Part shown: piece after piece, positions 16,187 to 25,019 of the stretch
Layout: every line of letters begins with the position of its first letter
Position numbering within the stretch: position 1 is the first letter of the stretch
IMG/VR virus record: IMGVR_UViG_3300031673_000059
Span: 1 to 54,320 of that record
Source of the DNA: a virus
Length of the DNA stretch: 54,320 nt
Strand: one strand, 5' to 3'
Position numbers and translations under genes: made by a program
Notes under the pieces: generated by a model
Databases searched by the model: none
What the model was told of the DNA's origin: nothing
Seen by the model: only the letters and a program-made list of their open reading frames with translations

Positions 16187-16636
16187 CTAGTAGTTCTCAA
16201 ACTCGGCGTGGCCCTCATCGATGAGTGTGTCGCCTAGGCTCTTCCAGCCGCCCTCTACCTTGTATAGGCACACAATTAGCCAACGGCCATATTTGCCCTT
16301 GTCGCCGCTCTTGAAGGACCAGACGCGGAGCTTCTGACCGACGCCTAGGAGCTCCTCGGCGCGCTGCTCGGCCAGAGCACCCATCTCCTTCTCCTTGCCC
16401 CGCGTCTCCCAGGCGTCGACGCAGTCGTCGCTCTTGTCGTCTGGGGTCAGGACGGCGCCCTCGGCCAGCAGGCGGCAGTAGGCTCGGACATCGATCTCGA
16501 AGCCGATGTCAATTCGAAGGCGGAAGCTATCGCCGTCGATGACTCCTTCTAGTTTGCCCACATCCGGCACGACCTCAGCCTCTCTCCAGGGTGTATCGAA
16601 AGGCGTCGTCTCTTCGTCGGTCCACAGCTTGCCCAT
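16187..16636 (-). CDS. staphylococcal-nuclease (SNase/thermonuclease)-like protein
   Basis: GVIDGDSFRLRI...CVDAWETRG...GALAEQRAEELLGVGQKLRV...DKGKYGRWLIVCLY...LIDEGHA follows the order of SNase-fold blocks. Confidence 0.65.
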   Translation of the reverse strand: MGKLWTDEETTPFDTPWREAEVVPDVGKLEGVIDGDSFRLRIDIGFEIDVRAYCRLLAEGAVLTPDDKSDDCVDAWETRGKEKEMGALAEQRAEELLGVGQKLRVWSFKSGDKGKYGRWLIVCLYKVEGGWKSLGDTLIDEGHAEFENY

Positions 16637-16679
16637 GAGCGGCCTCCAGGTGTCTGTAGGCTACATCATTAGGCGGGTA

Positions 16680-16687
16680 GGTAGAAT
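16680..16687 (+). promoter_or_regulatory. GGTAGAAT, 5 nt, ATG 16693
   Basis: ggtagaat agggt atg. Confidence 0.55.
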
Positions 16688-16692
16688 AGGGT

Positions 16693-17058
16693 ATGAAGAC
16701 CGGCGCGAGGAAGGCAGTCGTCCGTAAGCTACGGAAGATGGTGAACCGGCATATCGGCAACATGGTCGATGAGAAGTTCGAAATGGGCTGCCTGGCGGCA
16801 AGTCTGTTCCCGGACTGGGTTGAGAGCGACTACTCCACCTTTGATCTTTACCTGTTCCACGGCTGTGGAATCCCATGGAACATCGCCAGTCGCCTGGAGA
16901 CGATGGCTCACACCTACTACGAGATTCCATCTCTTCAGATTTGGATGCAGGTGGGATACACAAGAGCCGCCCAAGCAGCCGGACAAGGCCGAGAGGGCCA
17001 AATCCGAGCGCTGCTTGAAAGCGGCTCTAATGTGCTAGACGTGATGACGTTGATCTAG
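16693..17058 (+). CDS. hypothetical protein; C-terminal NVLDVMTLI
   Basis: ORF track, 121 aa. Confidence 0.65.
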   Translation: MKTGARKAVVRKLRKMVNRHIGNMVDEKFEMGCLAASLFPDWVESDYSTFDLYLFHGCGIPWNIASRLETMAHTYYEIPSLQIWMQVGYTRAAQAAGQGREGQIRALLESGSNVLDVMTLI

Positions 17059-18140
17059 ACGGCGATCGGCGCTTCGGTGCAGACCGTGGTGAGGATCCTG
17101 GTGCAGACCCGGTAGGGGTCGCAGTTGGCTCCGGGTCGCCGATCTTCGATGTAGCCGTAGCCCTGCTGGGCTACCTGGGCGGGGATGCGGATCGAGCAGC
17201 CGCGATCACTGTCACCGACCTTGAACGTGTTGATGTCGCACGTCTCGTGCTTGCCGGTCAGGCGCTTCTCCAGGCCGAAGCCGTAGTCTGCGATGTGCTC
17301 GGCGTGGACCTCCGACATCGCCTTGACCGCCGCCGCGATAGCCGACTTGCCGGTGCCTGGGTCTCGCATCTCCTTCGTGGAGAAGTTTGTGTGAGCGCCC
17401 GCACCGTTCCAGTCGCCTTGCTCAGGCTTGCAGTTGAGGGTGGCCGAGATGCCGTAGTCCTCGCCGATCCGGAACAGGAGCCAACGCGCAAAGATCAGGT
17501 GATCTGCGACTGTGAGAGGGTCGGCTGACTCGCCCGGGAACCCAGGACGATGACCGATCTGGAACTCCCACTGACCCAGCATGACTTCGGCATTGATGCC
17601 GTAGATCATCAGCCCGGCCCTCATGCAGGCGCTGAGGTGATCCTCGACCAGCTTGCGGCCCGCAACCTCGTCAGCTCCGACGCCGCAGTAGTAGGGTCCC
17701 TGAGCGCGCTGCGGGAGTCCCTTCTCCGGCCATCCAAGGGGGCGGCCAGTGTCTAGGTTGTAGAGCGTGTACTCCTGCTCGAAGCCGAACCAGGGATCGT
17801 GGTCCTCAGCGACCGACATGATGTCCCGCAGACGGCTGCGAGTGTTGGTCTTGTGCGGCATGTCGTCTGGAGTGGTGACCTCGCACAGGACCAGGAAGTT
17901 GGCGCCGCCGCGAATCGGGTCGTTGACGACGCGAACCGGGGTGAGCACCTGGTCTGAGTTGGACGTCCCCGCCTGATTGGTCGACGAGCCGTCGAAACCC
18001 CAGACCGGAAAGGACGTGTAGTCGATGACGCCCTTCTGATCATCGGGTAGATAGACCACACGGGTCTTCGACCGAAGGTTCTGGACAGGGATGTCGGCGG
18101 ATCCGCCGTCCATCCAGATGTATTCAGCTCGTACGTGCAT
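17055..18140 (-). CDS. glnII: glutamine synthetase type II (eukaryote-like GSII)
   Basis: 361 aa. Blocks are AEYIWMDGG...LRSKTRVV, FGFEQEYTL, YYCGVGA, INAEVMLGQWEFQIG, GAGAHTNFS, RLTGKHET and SIRIP...YIEDRRPGANCDPY. Confidence 0.92.
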   Translation of the reverse strand: MHVRAEYIWMDGGSADIPVQNLRSKTRVVYLPDDQKGVIDYTSFPVWGFDGSSTNQAGTSNSDQVLTPVRVVNDPIRGGANFLVLCEVTTPDDMPHKTNTRSRLRDIMSVAEDHDPWFGFEQEYTLYNLDTGRPLGWPEKGLPQRAQGPYYCGVGADEVAGRKLVEDHLSACMRAGLMIYGINAEVMLGQWEFQIGHRPGFPGESADPLTVADHLIFARWLLFRIGEDYGISATLNCKPEQGDWNGAGAHTNFSTKEMRDPGTGKSAIAAAVKAMSEVHAEHIADYGFGLEKRLTGKHETCDINTFKVGDSDRGCSIRIPAQVAQQGYGYIEDRRPGANCDPYRVCTRILTTVCTEAPIAV

Positions 18141-18226
18141 AAGGCCCTTCCTGACTAATGGGGTTTGAAAGGGCAGTTTATAGCGTACTTAGGGCCGCCT
18201 CGTCGAGCCAGCTCTTATGATCGGGC

Positions 18227-18421
18227 TCATTCACCGATCAGAGCGGCGGCCAGCGTGTTCATGAACGGGCCCACCACAGCATCGTTGCTGAGTCGACGAG
18301 CCGTCATCACCACGCGTGGCATATCGATGTGGTCCTCCGCGCATAGAGAGCGGATGATGGCTTGAGCTTCCTCACCTTTGAGTGAGGCCAACCAACGAAG
18401 CAGGTGTTCTTCAGGTGTCAT
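18227..18421 (-). CDS. hypothetical small protein
   Basis: MTPEEHLLRWLASLKGEEAQAIIRSL... AGGAG lies 5 nt before ATG 18421. The longer track ORF 18227..18877 is junk upstream of this point. Confidence 0.55.
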   Translation of the reverse strand: MTPEEHLLRWLASLKGEEAQAIIRSLCAEDHIDMPRVVMTARRLSNDAVVGPFMNTLAAALIGE

Positions 18422-18429
18422 AGGGTCTC

Positions 18430-19611
18430 CTAGTCTATTGATCCGACGATCCGATCGAGCACACCGACCATGTCGAGCATTGTCCCTAGGTATTCGATCG
18501 CCTTGTCTTTCCCCCAGGCGTGGAGCAGACACTCCCTCTCCTTGGGGCCGCCCTTGCAGGTTACCCCGTCCTTCTCGCCGAGCGCCTTGACTACGCTCGA
18601 ATCGAACGCCTCGTTGTTCTTCCTCTGCATCTTGATGTTGATGACCCTCTTCCGAGGGCCGATGGTGATGGTGTAGTCGCCGTAGGCGATGGCGTACCAA
18701 GGCTCGTTTTTGAACTGGTCCTTGTAGTAGCCGTTGGGGAGCTCCGTCCTCGTCTTGTTGGCCAGTCCGACCGCCTCGAAGATCTCGTTGAAGAGCTTGG
18801 CGTGCCGGAGCTTGATCGGGTCGACCGGGACCTCGATTTCCTGACTCCGCCCTGCGTCCACCGCCTCCCAGGTCCACTCGCCGTCGACCTTGTTCTGGAT
18901 CCAGACGCTGACCTCATCGCCGGGAACCTGGGGAGGGATAGGGGACGCAGGGTGCCCAGTCTGGTACCAGGACTTCTTGCCGGCCGCCGCGTGGGCTTCG
19001 AGCGCGTCTAGGATCTCCTGGGAGTGTCTCTTTACCTCGTAGAGGGCGTTCTCGGCCATGTTCTTGAGAACTGCCATCCGGTCGATGGCGTCAGGGGCGT
19101 CCATCATGCCCCATTCCGAGCCCGGGTCTGACACCCGCCTCTTCCAGTTGGGCTCCCACTGACCGATGGTTTTCAGGAGGCCGAGGAGCAGAGGACCCTT
19201 CTTGGGCTCGGCTACCCCGCCATCGAGAAGCGGAAAGACCAGCATCCCGATCGGGCCTCCGGCTCCGAGTTCGGCCAGCCTAGCGACAGCAGTGTTCCGA
19301 TCTGCCTCAGGGGTCAAGGGGGTGACAAGCGCTCTGAGCTGAGAGACCTCTTCGTCGAAGGCGGCCTTGTTGGCCCGCCAGGTCTTGAGGACCGTGCCGT
19401 TGAACCAGTCGGCCACCCTCTCGGAGAGACCCTCGCCCGGCTTCCGCATGAGCATGAAGAGGTTCCCGCCGTCGGCGGCCATATGGACCCCGAACCGGTC
19501 GCAGCCCTTGCACTTGAAGTTGCTCTGCGACATCCCGCCGAAGGAACCACCGTGACCCTGCCACTTAGGCGCGGCGCAGATACAGGACGGTACGTTCTCT
19601 GGCAACGCCAT
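18430..19611 (-). CDS. hypothetical protein; C-terminal GVLDRIVGSID
   Basis: ORF track, 393 aa. TAATG overlap with the NADAR gene. Confidence 0.7.
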   Translation of the reverse strand: MALPENVPSCICAAPKWQGHGGSFGGMSQSNFKCKGCDRFGVHMAADGGNLFMLMRKPGEGLSERVADWFNGTVLKTWRANKAAFDEEVSQLRALVTPLTPEADRNTAVARLAELGAGGPIGMLVFPLLDGGVAEPKKGPLLLGLLKTIGQWEPNWKRRVSDPGSEWGMMDAPDAIDRMAVLKNMAENALYEVKRHSQEILDALEAHAAAGKKSWYQTGHPASPIPPQVPGDEVSVWIQNKVDGEWTWEAVDAGRSQEIEVPVDPIKLRHAKLFNEIFEAVGLANKTRTELPNGYYKDQFKNEPWYAIAYGDYTITIGPRKRVINIKMQRKNNEAFDSSVVKALGEKDGVTCKGGPKERECLLHAWGKDKAIEYLGTMLDMVGVLDRIVGSID

Positions 19612-20048
19612 TAGGGCATCTCCATGATCTCTGCTCTGATATCCATCAAAATGCGGCCCAAGTGATTTTCTCCCTCACCCTCACAGACCCCCCAAAAGGT
19701 GTCGCGCCAAGAGTTTCCTTCGACCAGGTGCTGTCGTCCGGTCAGGATCAACTTCTCTCTGAGTCCAGGGTTCTCGAACTTCTTCCGCAGGATCCCTTTC
19801 ATCGTAGCGAGCTTGCAGATCCGCTCATTCTTGGTCCAGCCCTTAGACAGGGTGACCTTCTGGCCCAATCGCTTAGCCTTGCCGCAGGACTTGGCCTCCC
19901 TGATCTCTCGCCTTTGCTCAGGATCATCAGTCTTGGCGGCCTGATAGGCATGCTCTGAAGATGGATAAACGTCCCCCTGCCACTCGATGTCGATCATGTG
20001 GAAGTTGGAGAGCCAGCGGTATTCGCCTTTGAAGTCGGTGATGCTCAC
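19611..20048 (-). CDS. NADAR (YbiA/DUF1768) family protein
   Basis: YRWLSNFH...SSEHAYQAAK...AKRLG...W...KLATMKGILRKKF.NPGLREKLILTGRQHLVEGNSWRDTFWGV...GENHLGRILMDIR. The start is GTG 20048 (GTGA overlap). Confidence 0.85.
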   Translation of the reverse strand: MSITDFKGEYRWLSNFHMIDIEWQGDVYPSSEHAYQAAKTDDPEQRREIREAKSCGKAKRLGQKVTLSKGWTKNERICKLATMKGILRKKFENPGLREKLILTGRQHLVEGNSWRDTFWGVCEGEGENHLGRILMDIRAEIMEMP

Positions 20049-20314
20049 TTCGGCCCCTGACCGTAGGCGTGGTCCCAGTGCTCGTCTTCGGCGATCTCTT
20101 GGTCGGTCGGCAGTCTGTCGACCGTCACCACAGCCTCCAGCCGAGGGGCACCGAGGAGCGGGTAGTTGAAGACCCATTCCACACTCAGGACCTTCATTCG
20201 GTCGTCACTGATGTGCTTGTTGCGGAGGATCGACCCGACGGGCGGTGGCCCGTCTACAGCCTTCATCCTGTAGGGGTCTGGTACGACCCCTGGCCCTTTG
20301 TGCTTGATGATCAT
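20045..20314 (-). CDS. hypothetical protein
   Basis: MIIKHKGPGVV... The start is ATG 20314, with an ATGA overlap with the upstream gene. Confidence 0.6.
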   Translation of the reverse strand: MIIKHKGPGVVPDPYRMKAVDGPPPVGSILRNKHISDDRMKVLSVEWVFNYPLLGAPRLEAVVTVDRLPTDQEIAEDEHWDHAYGQGPK

Positions 20315-20892
20315 TTGTTGAACTGCTCGTAGTCTTCCTCGTCGTAGGCACGACAGGACGGATGATGGGCGTTGCCGCGACTCTCGCCGCAGCAGCACTC
20401 GGAGACGTGTTTGCCGCAGTCACACCACTCGGACGATCGCGACCCCGCCGCGTAGGTCTGGAGCGTGGGCTTAGGCGCAGGCTCAACCGGCTCGATGGGA
20501 GCTGGGCCGACCTTGCCGATCAGCTTGGGGCGGCGCTTCCCCCAAGCCCTGAGTTCTTCTACGTTCGGCGGCCGCCACTCACCAGTCCAGTGCTCGGACG
20601 TGTCCCACTCCTCGGGGTCCTCAGGGTGGTTCGACCTGTAGCTCGTGAGCTTGAGCTCGCCCTCGAATACCCACACACCAGGGGCAGGGGGCTCATCCAA
20701 GCCGTAGTCGCAGATGGACATCGACATGATGTTCTCCACGTAGACGCTGAACATCGGCTTCTCCTCTTCCCAGCTCAGGAGCATGCCATCGCTGCCGTCA
20801 TGCGGAACGGCGGCAAAGACCTTGATCTTCTGGGGACCGCATGTGCCACCCCGGTCGCCTGGTAGCTTGATTTGTTCTCCTCGTGTGCTCAT
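20311..20892 (-). CDS. hypothetical protein with Cys-rich tail
   Basis: MSTRGEQIKLPGD... The start is ATG 20892 (TAATG overlap). Confidence 0.65.
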   Translation of the reverse strand: MSTRGEQIKLPGDRGGTCGPQKIKVFAAVPHDGSDGMLLSWEEEKPMFSVYVENIMSMSICDYGLDEPPAPGVWVFEGELKLTSYRSNHPEDPEEWDTSEHWTGEWRPPNVEELRAWGKRRPKLIGKVGPAPIEPVEPAPKPTLQTYAAGSRSSEWCDCGKHVSECCCGESRGNAHHPSCRAYDEEDYEQFNK

Positions 20893-21509
20893 TAGGGCTT
20901 CAGCTCCTCTGCAAACCGTGTGTCTTCGGACGCGACGTGCTGCATGAACCAGCACAGCGCTTGATACCTGAAGTAGGTATTGACGTCGTGGTCCCTAAAG
21001 CTGGGAGGATCGTCGTAGTCGTGGGAGGAACAGATCTCATGCCATTCCCGCTCGGCCTCCCGTGGATGGTCCTTGGACGGGAACTCTCTCCAAGCCCGAA
21101 GCATCTTGATGTAATTGGTCACTGACGTCTTGTCGCCGGTCCTCCGCTCCTCGCCGATCCGCTCGACGAGGTAAGCCTCAACCGCGTCCGCGTCGAAGAC
21201 TTCGTTCTGGTTCTGGAGCGAGAGCTTGGACATCGGGTAGTAGGGCTGGTCGGGCTTCATCTTGCAGCCCAGCGCCCACCGGAGCGGCTTCCGGTGGTTC
21301 ACATTCAAAACCATGTCGCCGATGTCGCCAGTGACGACGATGCTGCCGGGCACCATGATCACTCTGAAGTGATAGACCCCGGTGCCCTTCTCGCCGCAGA
21401 ACCACAATCCGGGCCCCTCCCTGGTGATCTGATGCTTGTCGAAGGTCTGGAACCCGACGACCTGTTCCAGTGCCTTCTCGTTGTTCGTCTTGGGACGTGC
21501 CTTGTTCAT
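20892..21509 (-). CDS. hypothetical protein
   Basis: ORF track, 205 aa. The ATG is 5 nt downstream of GGGTAAAAG. Confidence 0.7.
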   Translation of the reverse strand: MNKARPKTNNEKALEQVVGFQTFDKHQITREGPGLWFCGEKGTGVYHFRVIMVPGSIVVTGDIGDMVLNVNHRKPLRWALGCKMKPDQPYYPMSKLSLQNQNEVFDADAVEAYLVERIGEERRTGDKTSVTNYIKMLRAWREFPSKDHPREAEREWHEICSSHDYDDPPSFRDHDVNTYFRYQALCWFMQHVASEDTRFAEELKP

Positions 21510-21514
21510 AGCGT

Positions 21515-21522
21515 CTTTTACC
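21515..21522 (-). promoter_or_regulatory. GGTAAAAG, 5 nt, ATG 21509
   Basis: Plus strand reads cat agcgt cttttacc(c). Confidence 0.55.
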
Positions 21523-21565
21523 CGTCGATCGACACAGATACGAGGTAAACAAGTCTTAGGAACAG

Positions 21566-22423
21566 ATGAGATATTACGACAAACGAGGAAACCCCATTAC
21601 GCTGGAGCAGTGGTCTGTTCTCCTCAACGACCCTGACTACCAACGGGTTGCGATCGACCAAGGCTCGGGCAGGCAGGTCTCCACCGTCTGGTTGGGACTG
21701 GATCACCGGCATGGAAGAGGCGGATCGCCGCTTATCTTCGAGACCATGGTCTTTCCGATGAGTCCTAACGGTGATGTAGGCGTGGGCGAAATCGACGCCG
21801 ATCGATACTCCACCCTGGAAGAGGCCCTAGCAGGCCACGCAGAGATGGCAAAGGATCACGCTTACGTGCTGGACAAGATCGTCAGGAAGCTGGAGGAGTC
21901 CGACAAGTCGGTCAAGGTCTGGACCATTCAGACGGAGGCGGCCTACGAGGAGCTCAAGGCGGAGGGAACGCTCTACGGTGACTGGAGCCGGGTGGACAAG
22001 GACTTCAAGAAGGCCTACTACTGGCTCTGCCATCAGATGGAGAATAGGGGCATGAGACTGAGGGGGCGGCCGCCGATCTGGGCTTGGCAGACGAAGCCCG
22101 ACCTCCGGCACAACGCCCATCTCGAAAAGGGCGAGAAGGGCGTTCGACTGGAGTTGGAGGTTCCGTCGGTTGAGCTTCTGGCGTCGAACTACAGTGCATG
22201 GCACTGCGTGCTCAACGATCACTACCTCACGTCTACCGACGCCGAGACCGACAAGGCGTTCTCTGATGACGGCTACACCAGGGATGAGATCGAGCTCAGC
22301 TGGCAGAAGGTGTTCGACCTGGACTACTGCGTGTCCGCCGACTACGGGTCTGCGGTCCAGCTGACGATGCCGGCCCTGGAGCTCCACTACGTGAAGAAGG
22401 CTCAGGCGTTTCGAGGACGGTAG
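21566..22423 (+). CDS. two-domain protein: small phage domain + DUF3841
   Basis: The N-terminal part is TVWLGLDH...LIFETMVF...RYSTLEEALAGH, ending in YVLDKIVRKLEES. The C-terminal part is VWTIQTEAAYEEL...YYWLCHQMENRG...PIWAWQTKPDLR...SAWHCVLND...SWQKVFDL. Confidence 0.8.
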   Translation: MRYYDKRGNPITLEQWSVLLNDPDYQRVAIDQGSGRQVSTVWLGLDHRHGRGGSPLIFETMVFPMSPNGDVGVGEIDADRYSTLEEALAGHAEMAKDHAYVLDKIVRKLEESDKSVKVWTIQTEAAYEELKAEGTLYGDWSRVDKDFKKAYYWLCHQMENRGMRLRGRPPIWAWQTKPDLRHNAHLEKGEKGVRLELEVPSVELLASNYSAWHCVLNDHYLTSTDAETDKAFSDDGYTRDEIELSWQKVFDLDYCVSADYGSAVQLTMPALELHYVKKAQAFRGR

Positions 22424-22604
22424 GCCTCTCGTGAGCCCTCGTTCGCGGGTCCGGACGCTTGACCTTTCCGGTGATCTTTCGGGTAAAAGCCTTTGTCTCT
22501 TGGGTCACGTGGCCCCCGCAGGTCGAGCAGAGCCAACCTGCCTCTGTAAGCTCGCACCTACGGGCATCAGCATCAGTCTTACAGAGGACGCACTTGACGG
22601 TCAC
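22296..22604 (-). CDS. hypothetical zinc-ribbon protein
   Basis: The GTG start gives MTVKCVLCKTD..WLCSTCGGH. The tail overlaps convergent gene 21566..22423 by 128 nt. Confidence 0.4.
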   Translation of the reverse strand: MTVKCVLCKTDADARRCELTEAGWLCSTCGGHVTQETKAFTRKITGKVKRPDPRTRAHERPTVLETPEPSSRSGAPGPASSAGPQTRSRRTRSSPGRTPSAS

Positions 22605-22610
22605 ATCACT

Positions 22611-23096
22611 ATGTTAGATGAGTCGAGCCCCTTTGTGATCAAAGTCCCGGAGGGTGCGTCCCACATAGACCTAGGGCCGATTCTTCGCCCACTGATCTTC
22701 TCAATCCTGAAGCGTGGCCTAACCGATCCGGTGGCCATCGAGCGATACATCAAGGATGGGGACGAGGCCCTCGCCTACCGAGAGCTTCTCCCCAAGATCA
22801 ACAGCGCCCTTCTGATCAACTATCTGCTTCAGCACGACTGGGTTCAGGCAAACAAGAACCACGTCTGCGTAGCATTCGTCAGAGAATACGATGCCAAGCG
22901 ACCGACGTACGATCGATACGGCCCAAACGTTCGAGTTCACCTAGAGCGGGAGGATGCGAACCACCTGCTCCACAGACACAACGACACTATCGGCGACATC
23001 GCGCAGCACGACAGAAAGAGCAAGTTGGAGGTCACCAAGGAGATCATCGCCTCGGCCAACATCCTTGATCGAATCGTGGCTGAGCTAGGCGACTAA
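22611..23096 (+). CDS. hypothetical protein; C-terminal NILDRIVAELGD
   Basis: Start moved to ATG 22611 (MLDESSPFVIKV...). The upstream part of the track ORF looks like junk. Confidence 0.65.
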   Translation: MLDESSPFVIKVPEGASHIDLGPILRPLIFSILKRGLTDPVAIERYIKDGDEALAYRELLPKINSALLINYLLQHDWVQANKNHVCVAFVREYDAKRPTYDRYGPNVRVHLEREDANHLLHRHNDTIGDIAQHDRKSKLEVTKEIIASANILDRIVAELGD

Positions 23097-24187
23097 TGTG
23101 CGACGTCGTGCCGCTCCCTCACGAAAGAGGGGAACCGGGGCACGCCAGCGTTGGTGAGCTCTTGGTATCGGTAGGTGATGGTCGCGCCGATCATGGGCGG
23201 ATTGTCCCGTTGAGCGTCGGACATGCCCGTGCCGACCTTGAACTCGGTCCCGTCGGCGGCCCGAACCTCCAAGGCACCACATCGACCCTTGTGTCGGCCC
23301 TTGCCCTTGGTGTAGCCGGTCACGGTCGCCTCGGCGTCGTGGAAGGTCTTGACCTTCAGGAGGGAGTGGGATCGCCCCGCCTCGTAGAGAGACTCAGGTT
23401 GCCTCAGCATGAGACCCTCACCACCGGCCGCATCCATGAGGGTCAGCGCCTTCATCAGGTAGTCGATGCTCCTGCACTGGCTCTGAGCCACCGCTTCGCC
23501 GTAGGGCATGAACTCGACGACCTTGTTGACGACCTTGAATCGGTCCTCAACCCGCTTGTCGAAGCCGGGCGTGTCGAAGACGAGGTACTTGACCTTCTTC
23601 CAGAGGTCTCCAGCGTTGTGCCGTCGGACGATGCTGACGGTGTCCTGGAAGAGACCTCGACCGACGAAGAGCTCGCCGTCGAGAGGGAAGGAGGGGAACC
23701 CTTCAGTGAACCAGGCGGGGGCGTGGTAGACGTTGCCGAGCCGGGATAGGAACTTCGTGCCGTCCCAGTAGGCTCGGACGCCGTCCAGCTTCTCGCTCAT
23801 CCACCACCCGGCGATGTCCTGCTCACCGTCCCACTTGTGGGCCAGGAGGATCTCAGGGACCTCCTTCGGAGCGACTACCAGCTTAGGAGCGGCGGCCTTC
23901 TTGGTGCCCTTCTTGGTCTTAGGGGCGGCGGCCACACCGTCGAGAGGGTTCTTCTTCTTCTTCTTCTTCCACGCCGTGGGCATGTTGTCGTGACCGACCC
24001 GGGAGACCTCGGCCTCAGCGCCCCGGTGTGTCACAAGGTGCTTACAGGTCCGGATGTCGATCGCGTGCGACTGCATCTTCCAGGCGACGCAGGAGCAGTC
24101 GTAGACGCCCCCAATGTTCCGCAGAACGTAGGGCGTCTTACCAGAACCCTTTACCTCAGTCGTCTCGCCATCATTCAGGTCAGCCAT
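23093..24187 (-). CDS. ATP-dependent DNA ligase (LigE-like core) with N-terminal SWIM-type zinc finger
   Basis: The KxDG motif is MSEKLDGVRAYWDG, followed by LDGELFVGRG. The N-terminal CSCVAWKMQ...CKH fits the CxCxnCxH pattern. Confidence 0.9.
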   Translation of the reverse strand: MADLNDGETTEVKGSGKTPYVLRNIGGVYDCSCVAWKMQSHAIDIRTCKHLVTHRGAEAEVSRVGHDNMPTAWKKKKKKNPLDGVAAAPKTKKGTKKAAAPKLVVAPKEVPEILLAHKWDGEQDIAGWWMSEKLDGVRAYWDGTKFLSRLGNVYHAPAWFTEGFPSFPLDGELFVGRGLFQDTVSIVRRHNAGDLWKKVKYLVFDTPGFDKRVEDRFKVVNKVVEFMPYGEAVAQSQCRSIDYLMKALTLMDAAGGEGLMLRQPESLYEAGRSHSLLKVKTFHDAEATVTGYTKGKGRHKGRCGALEVRAADGTEFKVGTGMSDAQRDNPPMIGATITYRYQELTNAGVPRFPSFVRERHDVAH

Positions 24188-24192
24188 GAAGT

Positions 24193-24200
24193 CTTATACC
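24193..24200 (-). promoter_or_regulatory. GGTATAAG, 5 nt, ATG 24187
   Basis: Plus strand reads cat gaagt cttatacc. Confidence 0.55.
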
Positions 24201-24206
24201 TCTATT

Positions 24207-24231
24207 CGTGGTGGTTGATTCACCCACCACG
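24207..24231 (-). terminator. hairpin (8-bp stem cgtggtgg/ccaccacg) downstream of gene 24286..24546
   Basis: Read directly from the sequence. It lies immediately upstream of the ligase promoter motif. Confidence 0.4.
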
Positions 24232-24285
24232 AGTGGCCGAGCTGATTCATCGAGTTCTAGTGGTATGGCCGGTGATCCACGTCGG

Positions 24286-24546
24286 TCATTGATGCTCCTC
24301 ATCGTGGCAGTCATCACAGTATTGACCGGCGGCCAGGCGTCTCCAGACCCTAGTCACCATGCGTGCGCATGATGAGCACTTGTAGACGCGGGGCTCCTCC
24401 CTCTCGGGAGGCTCGTAGTCCTCGCAGTCACACCCCGGCTCTACACACTCGTCCTGGCGAGTGGCGTACCAACAGCCTGGGCGGGAGAGCGGCAGGTGGT
24501 CATGACCACACTCCGCGCACGACTCGGAGTCAATGACGTGCTCCAC
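24286..24546 (-). CDS. hypothetical Cys-rich protein
   Basis: ORF track, 86 aa, with multiple CxxC pairs. Confidence 0.6.
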   Translation of the reverse strand: MEHVIDSESCAECGHDHLPLSRPGCWYATRQDECVEPGCDCEDYEPPEREEPRVYKCSSCARMVTRVWRRLAAGQYCDDCHDEEHQ

Positions 24547-25019
24547 TACTGGGAGTCGCTGCCGACCTCGTTGAGGTCGATGTGAATGGGCAACCCACTG
24601 ATGATCGAATTGTCGGCCAGCCGACTCGCCCGTGAGTTGTAGTCTTCTACTAGAGCAATACGTCTCTTCTGAGCGTCGAGGATCGCCTGGTTCAGGCGCC
24701 GTGACTCAACGCGGTCTTCCTCGCGCGAGATGCTCAGGAGACCGGACCTCTCGGCAACCTCCGCCTGGTGCCTGGCGAGCGCATCCTGCGCGAGTCTTAC
24801 CTCGACATCGGATCCAGCGATTACCTCGCGTTGCTCCAGGAACCAGTCCCGGTCGATGGTCACCGCGTCGACCTTGCTGTTCATGTGAAGGGCCAGCTTG
24901 GTGACCGTCACACCCACGCTGATCAACACGATCAGCAGCACGATCCTGACGATCCACCTCGTGATCCGCTCCGGCGACGCGACCTTGTCTACCGTCTTCT
25001 CGATCTCATCCAGTGGCAT
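24546..25019 (-). CDS. single-pass membrane protein with coiled-coil ectodomain
   Basis: The TM segment is WIVRIVLLIVLISVGVTV. Start moved to ATG 25019 (GAGGGAG 6 nt upstream). Confidence 0.65.
   Translation of the reverse strand: MPLDEIEKTVDKVASPERITRWIVRIVLLIVLISVGVTVTKLALHMNSKVDAVTIDRDWFLEQREVIAGSDVEVRLAQDALARHQAEVAERSGLLSISREEDRVESRRLNQAILDAQKRRIALVEDYNSRASRLADNSIISGLPIHIDLNEVGSDSQ

Noticed and set aside
22431-22610. Long N-terminal extension of track ORF 22431..23096(+)
   Set aside because: The first 60 residues are junk-like. The opposite strand encodes a plausible zinc-ribbon N-terminus over the same DNA. The ATG at 22611 gives a sensible start.
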